Positions 16,630-26,365 of a DNA stretch of 64,000 bases are shown here, one piece after another. Where the stretch lies: assembly GCA_965231015.1 (NCBI GenBank), contig OZ246408.1, positions 620,115-684,114 on the forward strand. The letters run 5' to 3'. The translations under genes and the position numbers were made by a program. How positions within the stretch are numbered: the stretch's first letter is position 1; the number at the start of each line of letters is the position of its first letter. The notes below the pieces were generated by a model. That model ran no database searches and was not told the DNA's origin. It saw nothing but the letters and a program-made list of their open reading frames with translations. The DNA comes from an uncultured Gammaproteobacteria bacterium. GTDB lineage: Bacteria; Patescibacteriota; Patescibacteriia; UBA9934; CAZDDW01.

Positions 16630-17849
16630 ATCAATGTTTTAACAAATTGTTTAGCTTCTTCTAGACTTGAGACTCTACCATCAAGTTGTGCCATATAAAC
16701 TTGTTCAAGCACGCGTCCTACTTCTTCTCCCTCTTTCATTCCGAGTTCGATTAAGTCGTCTCCACCCAGAATCCGGGGTTCAGGTACGTGATCGACTTCG
16801 AGACCTCGAGCCAGATCGAGCAAGTCTGATTCTTGGCCGAGGATACTTTGAATGCGAGCCAATTCCTCGATCGTGGCCGGAAACAGACGCGCCGCCAATT
16901 TCTTGATCTTTGCCGGGTTATCAGAATTGAACCCAAGCTCACGAATCAACCGCTCGATTCGATCAGTTCGTTCCATACTTATCTCAATTCCTCGTAAGAA
17001 CTTTTTGGGTTTTTGCATGTCGCTAGTCAGAATCACAAGCATAGTATTAAGCCGATCGTTTGGTTCAAGCTCGAGCTTTGCCGCCCGATCAAGCTCATCA
17101 AGTATTTGTTTTGAATACCCAGCCTCGAGTTCAGGGTGCAGTTGTTTGATGACCCCGATCTCTTGGGCTGCTGCGAGACCAACACTCGGTTTCGGTGATA
17201 AAGTTAACATCTTAACCCACTCTTCACCAATCCGACTAGCCGGCAAGCTGGTCATGTCCGTAGTTCGAGCGACTTCGAGCGTGGCGGGGTCGATCTTAAA
17301 ATCAAAGCGTCCAGCAAACTGAGCAGCTCGCAACGGCCGCAGTGGATCTTCACCAAATGAATCAGCGTCTACCATTTTGATTAACCCTGACTCGATATCT
17401 TTTACCCCACCGTACGGATCAACCACCTCATCCGTTAAAGGATCAATTCCAATCGCGTTCATGGTGAAATCACGGCGACGAAAAGCCTCTTCATGACTCA
17501 TGCCAGGATCATACTTGGTTTCTACATCCTTATGACCGGGACCAACCTGCCTATCCCTGCGTGGCAAAGACACGTCAACTCCATCCACTTGAAACACCTC
17601 AAACTGTTTTCCCACTTCTTGAACTTCACCAAAAGTCTTCAACAATTTTTCGAGCTTGTTCTTCTCTATCCCGTAAACCTCAACATCGATATCTTTGCTA
17701 ACAAGAACCTTTGCATCTTCTGGATCCTTTGCATCCCGTACATCTTCAATCATCCGATCTCTCGCATATCCACCCACGATCAAAGCTCGACCACCTGCTT
17801 CACGAACTGCCTTGGCTATTTTTTTTACTTTTTTAAATTGTTCTTTCAT
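16626..17849 (-). CDS. cca: CCA-adding tRNA nucleotidyltransferase (class II, poly(A) polymerase family)
   Basis: 407 aa. The N-terminal IVGGYARDRMI...DIDVEV corresponds to the GGxVRD/DxD head, followed by RRDFTMNAI and a helical body. Confidence 0.8.
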   Translation of the reverse strand: MKEQFKKVKKIAKAVREAGGRALIVGGYARDRMIEDVRDAKDPEDAKVLVSKDIDVEVYGIEKNKLEKLLKTFGEVQEVGKQFEVFQVDGVDVSLPRRDRQVGPGHKDVETKYDPGMSHEEAFRRRDFTMNAIGIDPLTDEVVDPYGGVKDIESGLIKMVDADSFGEDPLRPLRAAQFAGRFDFKIDPATLEVARTTDMTSLPASRIGEEWVKMLTLSPKPSVGLAAAQEIGVIKQLHPELEAGYSKQILDELDRAAKLELEPNDRLNTMLVILTSDMQKPKKFLRGIEISMERTDRIERLIRELGFNSDNPAKIKKLAARLFPATIEELARIQSILGQESDLLDLARGLEVDHVPEPRILGGDDLIELGMKEGEEVGRVLEQVYMAQLDGRVSSLEEAKQFVKTLI

Positions 17850-17861
17850 ATGCTTGACATT

Positions 17862-17897
17862 TTACACAAAAACCAAAATCCCGTCACTTAGACGGGA
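17862..17897 (-). terminator. Intrinsic terminator after rplU
   Basis: Minus strand: UCCCGUC-UAAGU-GACGGGA followed by UUUUGGUUUUUGUG. Confidence 0.5.
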
Positions 17898-17902
17898 CCT
17901 TG

Positions 17903-18214
17903 TTATTTGATGGATTCAATCTGTACTTCAGTAAAAGGTTGTCGGTGTCCGGTTTTTTTACGATAACGTGACTTTGACTTATATTTGATAACATCAATCT
18001 TCTTAGCTTTACCTTCACCAAGAACTTTACCCTTAACCTTGACACCATTAACAGTAGGAGTTCCGACTTTGACGTCTTTACCCTTTTCATCAGCCACGAG
18101 TAAGGCATCAAATTCTACCGACTTACCCTCTTCAAGATTAAGTTTTTCAACCTTGATGGTATCGCCTTCTTTAACTTTATATTGTTTTCCACCAGTTTTA
18201 ATGACAGCAAACAT
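17903..18214 (-). CDS. rplU: 50S ribosomal protein L21
   Basis: 103 aa beginning MFAVIKTGGKQYKVKEGDTIKVEKL, the canonical bL21 start. Confidence 0.9.
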   Translation of the reverse strand: MFAVIKTGGKQYKVKEGDTIKVEKLNLEEGKSVEFDALLVADEKGKDVKVGTPTVNGVKVKGKVLGEGKAKKIDVIKYKSKSRYRKKTGHRQPFTEVQIESIK

Positions 18215-18261
18215 ATCTTGAAAATCTAATAACTTTTAACTTAGGGAACGGCGATATTGTA

Positions 18262-18735
18262 CTAATTTCCCCAATAAATGTCAAGATTATCTCCTGACTC
18301 AAGTTCATATTCCTCTGCAAAACCCGCAATTACCTCCAAAACCATATCGACCGGCTCACCTGACGAACGTCGCTCGATTTCATCATTTTTTGGAGCTGGC
18401 ACCGCAGTTTCAATACCGATTATTTTACCTTTATTCAGCCAAATTATATCAATATCAACTATCATTCCTTTCATCCAAAAAGTCTGAATTTCCGGTTCAT
18501 TATACACGAATAACATACCCTCTTTTCTACCCAAAGAACTGCGTCCAGACAACCCCTTTACCTTGTCCGGGACACTCCGAACCACCTCTGCCTGAATAAT
18601 AGTATCGTCCGGTAAAATTATGGTTGCCCGGCTTGGATCAACTGACTCCAGGGTGATTATCATCCAGGCAATTATAAGAACTGCGGTCGTGGTCACAGCC
18701 AGAAGAGTGATGATTTTTACCTGATGATTAGGCAT
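18262..18735 (-). CDS. DUF192 (COG1430) domain membrane-anchored protein
   Basis: 157 aa with an N-terminal TM helix, then MLFVY...FWMKGM...DIIWL, characteristic of DUF192. Confidence 0.65.
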   Translation of the reverse strand: MPNHQVKIITLLAVTTTAVLIIAWMIITLESVDPSRATIILPDDTIIQAEVVRSVPDKVKGLSGRSSLGRKEGMLFVYNEPEIQTFWMKGMIVDIDIIWLNKGKIIGIETAVPAPKNDEIERRSSGEPVDMVLEVIAGFAEEYELESGDNLDIYWGN

Positions 18736-19768
18736 GTTTTCGATCGAGTGTAGTTAAGCTCCAAGCAACCACCAACATTAGTACAAGCAAGGATCCTAAA
18801 GCAATAACTTTTTGTCCACTTTGCAAAAATAACGCACCTCCACCAAACATAATTGCTACGCCATAATAGACTAAACATACTTTACGTTGATTCCAGCCCA
18901 AATCGTATAAACGGTGATGTAAATGCTGTCGGTCACCCTGAAAAATTTTTTTGAAACCACCGCTTTGCCAACGACGCATGATCGACCAAGCCACATCAAG
19001 CGCTGGAATACCAATCACAAGCAAAGCAATAGCTAATTTTCCTCCTGATATAACCGCAAGTGTTCCAAGAAGATAACCAACGAATGTGGACCCCCCTTCC
19101 CCTAGAAAAATTAGGGCCGGATTGAAATTCCAAACCAAAAAACCAAGTAAGGCTCCGACTGCTACAAGAGCCAACAAAGCCACATCCGGTTGATAGTAGG
19201 CTGCAGTCAAGGCCAATAAACAAATCATGAAGGTTCCGATCGCACTAACCCCGGTAGCTAAACCATCCACCCCGTCTAGAAACTTGGTTGTGTACATAAC
19301 CCCCATCAACCACAAAAAAACCAAAACATCAGATTGCCAGCTGGTAAGTTCAATTACACCACCTAAGGGGTTGGTCAACTTGTCCACTTCAACCCCAAAA
19401 CCAATCACGAGCAAAGCGGCCACCACCGGAAACCAAAAAGCCACCTTCGGATTTAATCCATATCGGTCATCTACAAAACCACCAAACATGAGCACCAAGC
19501 CGCCCAACAAAAATCCAGAATAATGCCCTAAACCAACTTCTCCACTGGTCAAGGCGTCCCCATTTATCAAAATCAGGGCCATGGTACCGGCAATCGCCAA
19601 GAAAATGGCCAAACCACCCATGAGCGGAATTGGTGTTTGGTGTATCTTTCTTTTCCCATCCGGTCGATCAACCAGGTTGAACCTCAGAGCAATTCGAAAA
19701 ATCAACTGTGTAAAAACAAGGCTCAGGCCAAAGGCTAAGATAAACCATCCGATCCAGACAGAGGTCAT
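18728..19768 (-). CDS. Polyprenyl-phosphate N-acetylhexosamine-1-phosphate transferase (MraY/WecA/TagO family, GT4)
   Basis: 346 aa, polytopic. NLVDRPDGKRKIHQTPIPLMGG and VDDRYGL match the MraY/WecA DDxxD and Mg-site motifs. It sits outside the dcw cluster, so the type is probably WecA/TagO. Confidence 0.75.
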   Translation of the reverse strand: MTSVWIGWFILAFGLSLVFTQLIFRIALRFNLVDRPDGKRKIHQTPIPLMGGLAIFLAIAGTMALILINGDALTSGEVGLGHYSGFLLGGLVLMFGGFVDDRYGLNPKVAFWFPVVAALLVIGFGVEVDKLTNPLGGVIELTSWQSDVLVFLWLMGVMYTTKFLDGVDGLATGVSAIGTFMICLLALTAAYYQPDVALLALVAVGALLGFLVWNFNPALIFLGEGGSTFVGYLLGTLAVISGGKLAIALLVIGIPALDVAWSIMRRWQSGGFKKIFQGDRQHLHHRLYDLGWNQRKVCLVYYGVAIMFGGGALFLQSGQKVIALGSLLVLMLVVAWSLTTLDRKHA

Positions 19769-19771
19769 AGG

Positions 19772-21514
19772 TTATTCACTAAATGAAGTAGTGCGGTAAC
19801 GCGAATAATCAACACCGGTTTCTTGCCAGTCATTACTTGCCAATCCTGCTTTTTCAGACAAGGCGGTCATAAAATCCTCAAAAGTATCCATTTGTTCCCA
19901 TACGCTAGGCAAAAAAGTGGCACTATCTTCCCCCTTGGTTAGAATTACTCCATCCATATTTGGTTGAATAATGTTCAATTCAACTGCTTGAGCTTCAGAT
20001 AAAACAGAGATTTCAATCTTGATGTTTACCAACTCTTCCTCGGTCACCGCCTCAAACCGAGCATCATTAACCGCTGCATCAATAGCCTTGTCACGCACTG
20101 CCAAATAAAGCGGCTGCTCCGCCGTCAGACTACCAATACACCCTCGTAACTCATCTTGAGCCTCAAGCGTCACAAAGACGGCCAACTCCTGCTTCAACTG
20201 CTCATCTGTTGGTTCAATCGGTTCATAGATTTCACCTTCACGGGTTATATACCGCTCAATTGTAGACCGAGCCAATTGTAAAAGGTATGTCTGCTCGGCT
20301 TCAGACAAACTCACGGTGTTAAGTCCAACCTCTTCACCCGGTACACTATAAGCCACGGCCCCATAACCAACTACTCTGGTATCATCATTGGTTACATCTC
20401 CGGTGTTTGCATAATCCAACACCTTGGCTTCCCATCCTTCGCGACGTGCCATTATGTCAGCAACCAAAATCGGGTCAGTTCCACACGCGTTAACCTTAGA
20501 AGCGTCCGGTTCAAGCCCTTCAATAGCCTGTAAAGTGGTTTGATCAATCGGTTCAGCTGTTTCTGCATCCATATAATGAGACAAATCACTGCTAACAACT
20601 AACAATGTTTTTTCATCCATTATTTCTTTGAGCTCATTGGCAATCGTGATTCTGTCTTCATCTTCAATTTGACCGACCAAAATCGGAATAATGGTCGCAT
20701 CCGGCCAAATGTACTGAATAAAAGGCAGATGAATTTCAACAGGATGTTCATCTACAAACGCCACATCCTTGTAAAAAAACAATTCGTTGTCAACCAGATC
20801 AACATTTGATTCATCAATATCCGTTTCTCCGAGTGGGGTTCGCCAAGCATCATACTCGCTTAAAGCCACCCCCTCGAACTCTGTTTGGTGAGCAGAAGCC
20901 ATAATAATGACTCGATTGTAATCCTTGTTCATAACAGTCTTGTAGGCAGAGGCGTCTACGGATCCGGAGTAACGGTAAGCGGCGTGTGGAGCAATAATTG
21001 CCATCACATCCCTATTTTCGACTTTGTTGGTTGCATTCCAAAGTAGAGACTGAATTTGTTTTTCTAGAATTGATTTGCCTTCCGGATAAAATACTCCGGC
21101 CACACTTGGTGGGCGTACGTCTTTGGCTGGCATAGGCTCTTCGATTATTTCTTCTACTACCGGCTCAGTTTCTTCCTCTGAACTTTTGGTTAAAAATTCC
21201 AAGGAAGCTACTGCAACCAGCGAAAGAAAAACAAACACCACAGCAACAATCACCTTAGCCGGCGATTTCTTTTGCCCTGGTTCCTTGGTCTTTGTGGTCT
21301 TCTTACTCGACTTCTTTCTGGACTTTGACTTCTTGGTCGTTTTTTTAGTCCGAGTCTTCTTTGTGGAGGCTTTTCTGGTTTTTTTCTGCTTAGTCTTTTT
21401 TGGAGGTTCCTCCTGAACCTCTTCCTCCACGACTTCAGCTTTCTTCTTGGAACTTTTTTTAGCGGCCGATTTCCGTGGAGTCTTTTTCACAGTTTTTTTC
21501 TTAGTGGCGGCCAT
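19772..21514 (-). CDS. Fusion protein: Lys-rich histone-H1-like tail + TM + Memo-like (AmmeMemoRadiSam protein B) + AMMECR1 domain
   Basis: 580 aa. The N-terminus is KKKTVKKTPRKSAAKK repeats. The Memo region is AGVFYPEGKS...IIAPHAAYRYSGSVDASAYK. The C-terminal AMMECR1 region is FVTLEAQDELRGCIGSL...ARFEAVTEEEL. Confidence 0.65.
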   Translation of the reverse strand: MAATKKKTVKKTPRKSAAKKSSKKKAEVVEEEVQEEPPKKTKQKKTRKASTKKTRTKKTTKKSKSRKKSSKKTTKTKEPGQKKSPAKVIVAVVFVFLSLVAVASLEFLTKSSEEETEPVVEEIIEEPMPAKDVRPPSVAGVFYPEGKSILEKQIQSLLWNATNKVENRDVMAIIAPHAAYRYSGSVDASAYKTVMNKDYNRVIIMASAHQTEFEGVALSEYDAWRTPLGETDIDESNVDLVDNELFFYKDVAFVDEHPVEIHLPFIQYIWPDATIIPILVGQIEDEDRITIANELKEIMDEKTLLVVSSDLSHYMDAETAEPIDQTTLQAIEGLEPDASKVNACGTDPILVADIMARREGWEAKVLDYANTGDVTNDDTRVVGYGAVAYSVPGEEVGLNTVSLSEAEQTYLLQLARSTIERYITREGEIYEPIEPTDEQLKQELAVFVTLEAQDELRGCIGSLTAEQPLYLAVRDKAIDAAVNDARFEAVTEEELVNIKIEISVLSEAQAVELNIIQPNMDGVILTKGEDSATFLPSVWEQMDTFEDFMTALSEKAGLASNDWQETGVDYSRYRTTSFSE

Positions 21515-21547
21515 AATAAAATAAGGTTAATAACGTACACTATCTTA

Positions 21548-24163
21548 CTATAATTCAGCAGCCTTTTCAATCTCTATTTTTCCGCCTTTTTTAAGTACGA
21601 TTGTATCCCGCCGGGTAGCCTTGTCTTCTAAGAGCACACGAGCCACAGCATCGTCAACCTCATTTTGAATCACCCGACGTAGTGGGCGCGCCCCAAACTT
21701 TGGATCAAAGCCCTTTTCGGCTAATTCCTGCACCGCTGCATCTTCAGCCCGGAAATGTATTCCCTTGGCCTCCAATCGTTCCTCGACCTGACCAATCATT
21801 AAATAGGCAATCTGCACCACTTCATCCATTGCCAAAGGCTTAAAGACAATCACAGCATCAAACCGATTCAAAAATTCAGGACGGTAAATACCTTTTAGTT
21901 CTTCCTCAATTAAATGATTTTTGATCTGATCAAGCGGCGTACCTTGGCTAACTTCTGTTTGAATATATTCGGTTCCCGCATTAGAAGTAGCAATTAAAAC
22001 AACATTGGTAAAATCGATTGTTCGTCCGGCTCCGTCGGTTAATCGGCCATCATCCATGACCTGTAAAAACAGGTTCAAAATATCAGGGTGTGCCTTTTCC
22101 AGCTCGTCCAATAAAAGAAGGGTGAACGGATTTTCTCGAACCGCTTCCGTTAAAAGACCACCTTCACCTTTACCCCCAATCAATCTGGCAATACTGGACT
22201 GGTTCTGATACTCGGACATGTCAAACCGAATCATAGATTCTTCGCGACCAAAGTAGGCTTCGGCTGTGGTTTTAGCCAACTCGGTCTTACCCACTCCGGT
22301 TGGACCTAAAAACAAGAAGTTAGCTATTGGTCGGTTGTCGGATCTTAGCTCGGTTCTGGCTCGACGCAGCGCGGAAGCCACGGCATCAACCGCATCATTT
22401 TGCCCGATCATGCGTTCATGCAAAACCTCCTCAAGCTTGAGAAGCTTGGCTTTTTCTTCTTCAGCCACTTGTGACATTGGAATTTTAGTTTTTTCCGAAA
22501 TAATCCGAGCCACATCCTCGCGCGCCACCAAACTATTCGCACCCTTTTCTTTATTAACAGCTAGCGCAGTTTCCTCACATATTTCAATTGCCTTGGCCGG
22601 TAAAAACTGATCGTGCATGTACCGATCTGAAAGCTTCACCGCCTCTTCTACTGCAGCGTAAGAAAATACAACCTTGTTTTTGTACTCCATGACCCCGATC
22701 TTGGCCTCTAAAATCTGAATTGCTTCATTGATTTCCGGCTCATCAACCCGCACTTTTTGCAGAGCCTGACCAAGCGCCGTGCGTTCAATGGCTTGCGCGT
22801 ATGCCTCCGGAGTGGTGGTAGCAATCAAAAAAGTGAATCGTCGATTTAGAGCATCAATCAAAACCGAGGCCAAATCAACGGTCATTTCTCCACCGGCTGT
22901 CAACCCTGTGATTTGCTCAATATTTTCTACTACTAAAATAATGTTTTTTGACCGAGCAATTTCGTTTAAAACCATTAATAGCCGTTCCTGGACCACTTCG
23001 GGAGCGGCACCAGAAGTTAAATGTGGGATAGAGAGCCGGACCAAACGTTTATCACGCATTATTTGCGGAACTCGCTCCGATACCATGCGCTCGGCAATTC
23101 CATGCACAATCGATTGCTTTCCCACCCCCGGAGGTCCAACTAAAACCACGCTCTCATTTCCCCCTTCAATGACCCTAAAAATAGATTCCAACTCTTGTTC
23201 CCGACCAACCAACATTGGCAACCGACCATAAACCCCAGCCACGGTCAGGTCTTCTGAGACCTGGTCCAGCATTGGAGTGGCCACCGCAGTGTAGGCTCGG
23301 TTCATGGCTCCGGTTGGTTTTCTAGAAGCAGCTCGTTGATACTCCTCATAACGCTTGCGCAGCTCTTCATCAATTCGAATCCAGGCCACAGCGTTTTCAA
23401 CCTGCTCTCGTTCAATCCCCAGCCCATAAAACAATTCTTGAATAAATTCATCACGACGATAACTTTCTAGAAATAATTCTACCGGACTAACCAGTTCTCG
23501 CTCATGTTCATACGCATTTAAATATGCTGCCAGCAATGTCTCTCGGGTTTGATCAGAAAAGCCGACCTTGTTTTTTGGTAGACTGTTTAGTTTTCGATTA
23601 AGTGGCCCTTTGACCGTTTCAAAAGAAAGACCTAAGCGGACAAACAAAATTTTAATTGGATCAGCAGAAAGTGTCCCAACAAACAAATGGATCGGCTCTA
23701 CTGTTTGTCCAAACCGTTCAGCCAGCTCATATGCTTCCTCAACCGATTTCATACCACTCGCTGAATAAGCTCGAGCCACGTTGACCTTGGATTTTTTAGT
23801 TTCTTCTCCCAGATCATTTATCTCCGGCACCTCGCCCTCATAAGACTTCCTTTCCACAGTTAGCTTATGCCGAACCGCTTCAGACAACCGATAAAACAAA
23901 AACATTCCACCAAGAGCTGCCAACCAAAATGCTGCCGAGGCCAAACCTCCACGCAACCAATAATCAAGACTGGCTAATTTTTCTGGCGGACCAACAATAA
24001 CGGCGGAAAAAATAAAATAGGCAAAACAAACCAAAACTGCAGCAATCACCAAACCGTTGATGATTCCAGAAATAATATCTCGTGTTTTTTTCAACACTAA
24101 AGTGGCTCGGTCAATCCGCTCGCTCCAAATATATACCTTGTCCTTTAGTTCAAAACCGATCAT
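21548..24163 (-). CDS. ClpB/ClpC-family two-ring AAA+ chaperone with N-terminal transmembrane anchor
   Basis: 871 aa with two TM helices in the first ~90 aa. D1 has Walker A VLVGPPGVGKQS; D2 has LFLGPTGVGKTELAKT. A ClpB-like middle region and C-terminal domain are present. Confidence 0.8.
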   Translation of the reverse strand: MIGFELKDKVYIWSERIDRATLVLKKTRDIISGIINGLVIAAVLVCFAYFIFSAVIVGPPEKLASLDYWLRGGLASAAFWLAALGGMFLFYRLSEAVRHKLTVERKSYEGEVPEINDLGEETKKSKVNVARAYSASGMKSVEEAYELAERFGQTVEPIHLFVGTLSADPIKILFVRLGLSFETVKGPLNRKLNSLPKNKVGFSDQTRETLLAAYLNAYEHERELVSPVELFLESYRRDEFIQELFYGLGIEREQVENAVAWIRIDEELRKRYEEYQRAASRKPTGAMNRAYTAVATPMLDQVSEDLTVAGVYGRLPMLVGREQELESIFRVIEGGNESVVLVGPPGVGKQSIVHGIAERMVSERVPQIMRDKRLVRLSIPHLTSGAAPEVVQERLLMVLNEIARSKNIILVVENIEQITGLTAGGEMTVDLASVLIDALNRRFTFLIATTTPEAYAQAIERTALGQALQKVRVDEPEINEAIQILEAKIGVMEYKNKVVFSYAAVEEAVKLSDRYMHDQFLPAKAIEICEETALAVNKEKGANSLVAREDVARIISEKTKIPMSQVAEEEKAKLLKLEEVLHERMIGQNDAVDAVASALRRARTELRSDNRPIANFLFLGPTGVGKTELAKTTAEAYFGREESMIRFDMSEYQNQSSIARLIGGKGEGGLLTEAVRENPFTLLLLDELEKAHPDILNLFLQVMDDGRLTDGAGRTIDFTNVVLIATSNAGTEYIQTEVSQGTPLDQIKNHLIEEELKGIYRPEFLNRFDAVIVFKPLAMDEVVQIAYLMIGQVEERLEAKGIHFRAEDAAVQELAEKGFDPKFGARPLRRVIQNEVDDAVARVLLEDKATRRDTIVLKKGGKIEIEKAAEL

Positions 24164-24555
24164 AGTATTCCAAAATATGGATTGCTAAACCCAATAATAT
24201 TAACTACAATCAGCAGCACAACCAGCGGCAGTAAAACCAAATACAACATGAACAATATCACTAATAGGATTGACCAAATAACAAAAACTATTCCCTTGCC
24301 GATCAAAACCACAAAACGCATGAAAATACTGATTAAACGTCCGCTTAGCTCGGTTTCACCGTACATGGGAACAAACAGGTTTTTGAGCCAGACTCCAAGT
24401 CCCAAATTCTGCCATTGTTGACCAATCGAGCCAAAACAAAACTTCGCGGCGTTAGCCAAACCGCGGGTATACCACCAGACAGGAAAACCAATAACTCCAC
24501 CGAACAAATCGATGAAGAAGTACTTCATTCCAATGACCACAACATTCTGCGCCAT
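24160..24555 (-). CDS. Hypothetical small membrane protein (131 aa)
   Basis: 3-4 predicted TM helices. The start overlaps the upstream gene's stop by 4 nt. Confidence 0.45.
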   Translation of the reverse strand: MAQNVVVIGMKYFFIDLFGGVIGFPVWWYTRGLANAAKFCFGSIGQQWQNLGLGVWLKNLFVPMYGETELSGRLISIFMRFVVLIGKGIVFVIWSILLVILFMLYLVLLPLVVLLIVVNIIGFSNPYFGIL

Positions 24556-24579
24556 AATGTGGATATTATAGCAGAAAAA

Positions 24580-25182
24580 CTAGGCTTTGTTGATCTCTTG
24601 ATAAAATCGATCCCGATCGGTTGTAAAACGAGTTCTAAAATTAGAATCTATTTTTGGATTTGCTGCTTTTTGCCACTTTTCGATTCCAGAAAAAGCAAAT
24701 TCCGGTTCGTGGGTAATCAAATCCACAATTCGCTCTTTGTCCCAGTGCTGAATATCGTATTCGTCAATCTTCTCTTGAATAGCCAGATGAACCAGTTCAT
24801 GAATCAAGGTTTTAAACGGGTCACGTATTCTTAAACTCAAAATTATCGTGCTTGGGGGTTCATAAGAACCACCAACCCCGTATCGAGTTAAATTGATTTC
24901 GATTTTACGAGGTAAGGTGAGCTTTAGAGCCTGAAAAGCCGACTTGATTTGACTCATGTTTTGCTCAAAGTCAGAGTTCAAATTGTCAGCCGCCTCTTGA
25001 TATCTCTGTTCGCGATATTCTTCATCTACAACAAACTTAATCTCATCTCTTGAATTATACTCGGCAACCCCTTGGGGCAAAGTCGGGTCATAGCCCTGCT
25101 CTAAATACCAAGACAATTTATCAAGAGTTTTTTGAATCCTCCGCACCTCAAAATCTTTACTAAATTGAATCCTATATTCCAT
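24580..25182 (-). CDS. Hypothetical protein with HExxH motif (200 aa)
   Basis: LIHELVHLAIQ suggests a zincin-like fold. No confident family. Confidence 0.45.
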   Translation of the reverse strand: MEYRIQFSKDFEVRRIQKTLDKLSWYLEQGYDPTLPQGVAEYNSRDEIKFVVDEEYREQRYQEAADNLNSDFEQNMSQIKSAFQALKLTLPRKIEINLTRYGVGGSYEPPSTIILSLRIRDPFKTLIHELVHLAIQEKIDEYDIQHWDKERIVDLITHEPEFAFSGIEKWQKAANPKIDSNFRTRFTTDRDRFYQEINKA

Positions 25183-25196
25183 ACCTAAATAGATAT

Positions 25197-25223
25197 TTCG
25201 AAAAAGCCCTGCTTGGGCAGGGC
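25197..25223 (-). terminator. Intrinsic terminator (GCCCTGC-CCAA-GCAGGGC plus U-tract)
   Basis: Palindromic hairpin at 25206-25223 with a U-tract on the minus strand (plus A-tract 25199-25205). It lies between the 25233 stop and the 25182 start. Confidence 0.55.
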
Positions 25224-25232
25224 TTTTAATCC

Positions 25233-26363
25233 TTATTCATTCGCGACGTATAACATGAACATCTCATTGATCGTGTGCCACTCCACGACCCCTTCTTCAA
25301 TATACTCATCTATCGCTTCGAGCCAAAGATCCAACACCTCGCTTTGTACTCGAACAGCACTACCAATGCTCCACGAAAGATACATAGTATTAACTGATTC
25401 ATCATCCATGTTCGCAATAAACTCATCCATCTGTTCAATAAAAACATCTACGTCATCCGGCCTTAGCCCTCCATCCCCTGTTCCATCACCAAACTCTTCA
25501 CTCATATTATACAGACTGCCAGCTTCCATAATAACAACCAGTTCACCATTTTCGTGATCAGTTAACCAATCTTTAGCCGAACTAACTCGCCATGGCTCAT
25601 CACGCTCAGCAATCTCATGAGGATATACATCATGACACTTAAGCGGGGTTGAACAATTTTTATACTCTTCCGGCCGATCTTCTTCATCCATGGCGGTCAC
25701 ACAATACGCCACAAGTCCGGTTGTAAACTTATACCCGGCCTTAATCACAGCCTCTGCCCAATCAATATGCGAACAGATTCCAGAAACGTGAATCACATCA
25801 AAGTCAACAATCTTTTGCAGATCCGTTTTCATGGTCTTGATACGGAAAGCCATACTTTCCACATTGATATCTTCATTTGGGTTTCCGCCCACGTCAGCAT
25901 GCACCCCAACAGCATGGCCACGGTCAACCAGCTCCTGCAAAATGTTTACATCCCATTTTCCAGACGCCTCAATGGTCTCGGGACTGGCCTCAAAAGTTCC
26001 TACAGCACCATACTCCTCAAGTTTATCAGCTAAGGTTCTTATTGCTTCAACATGACCCATGTATGATTCTTCATTATCAACTTCTTCAAACCAACCTTCT
26101 AAATGAATCATCATTCCAAGGTTCAAAGCATCAAGACCCTCACCGGTCAAATTATTTGTAGCTTCTTTACAATCCTCCGGACAGATGCCAGTCATTTTTT
26201 CTATTCGATCACAATCACCATCACCACACTTTAATCCGAAAGCTGAATCAACTCCTTCGGTTGTTTCGTCTTGATATGACGAATACCAATAAAAGGCGCC
26301 CAGGATTAAAACAATCCCTAAAAGAGCCAATAAGATGTAGAGTAAAAATTGTTTTTTATTCAT
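25233..26363 (-). CDS. Hypothetical membrane-anchored/secreted protein (376 aa)
   Basis: N-terminal signal-anchor MNKKQFLLYILLALLGIVLILGAFYWY. A Cys cluster CGDGDCDRIEKMTGICPEDC is present. No family recognised. Confidence 0.5.
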   Translation of the reverse strand: MNKKQFLLYILLALLGIVLILGAFYWYSSYQDETTEGVDSAFGLKCGDGDCDRIEKMTGICPEDCKEATNNLTGEGLDALNLGMMIHLEGWFEEVDNEESYMGHVEAIRTLADKLEEYGAVGTFEASPETIEASGKWDVNILQELVDRGHAVGVHADVGGNPNEDINVESMAFRIKTMKTDLQKIVDFDVIHVSGICSHIDWAEAVIKAGYKFTTGLVAYCVTAMDEEDRPEEYKNCSTPLKCHDVYPHEIAERDEPWRVSSAKDWLTDHENGELVVIMEAGSLYNMSEEFGDGTGDGGLRPDDVDVFIEQMDEFIANMDDESVNTMYLSWSIGSAVRVQSEVLDLWLEAIDEYIEEGVVEWHTINEMFMLYVANE

Positions 26364-26365
26364 AG

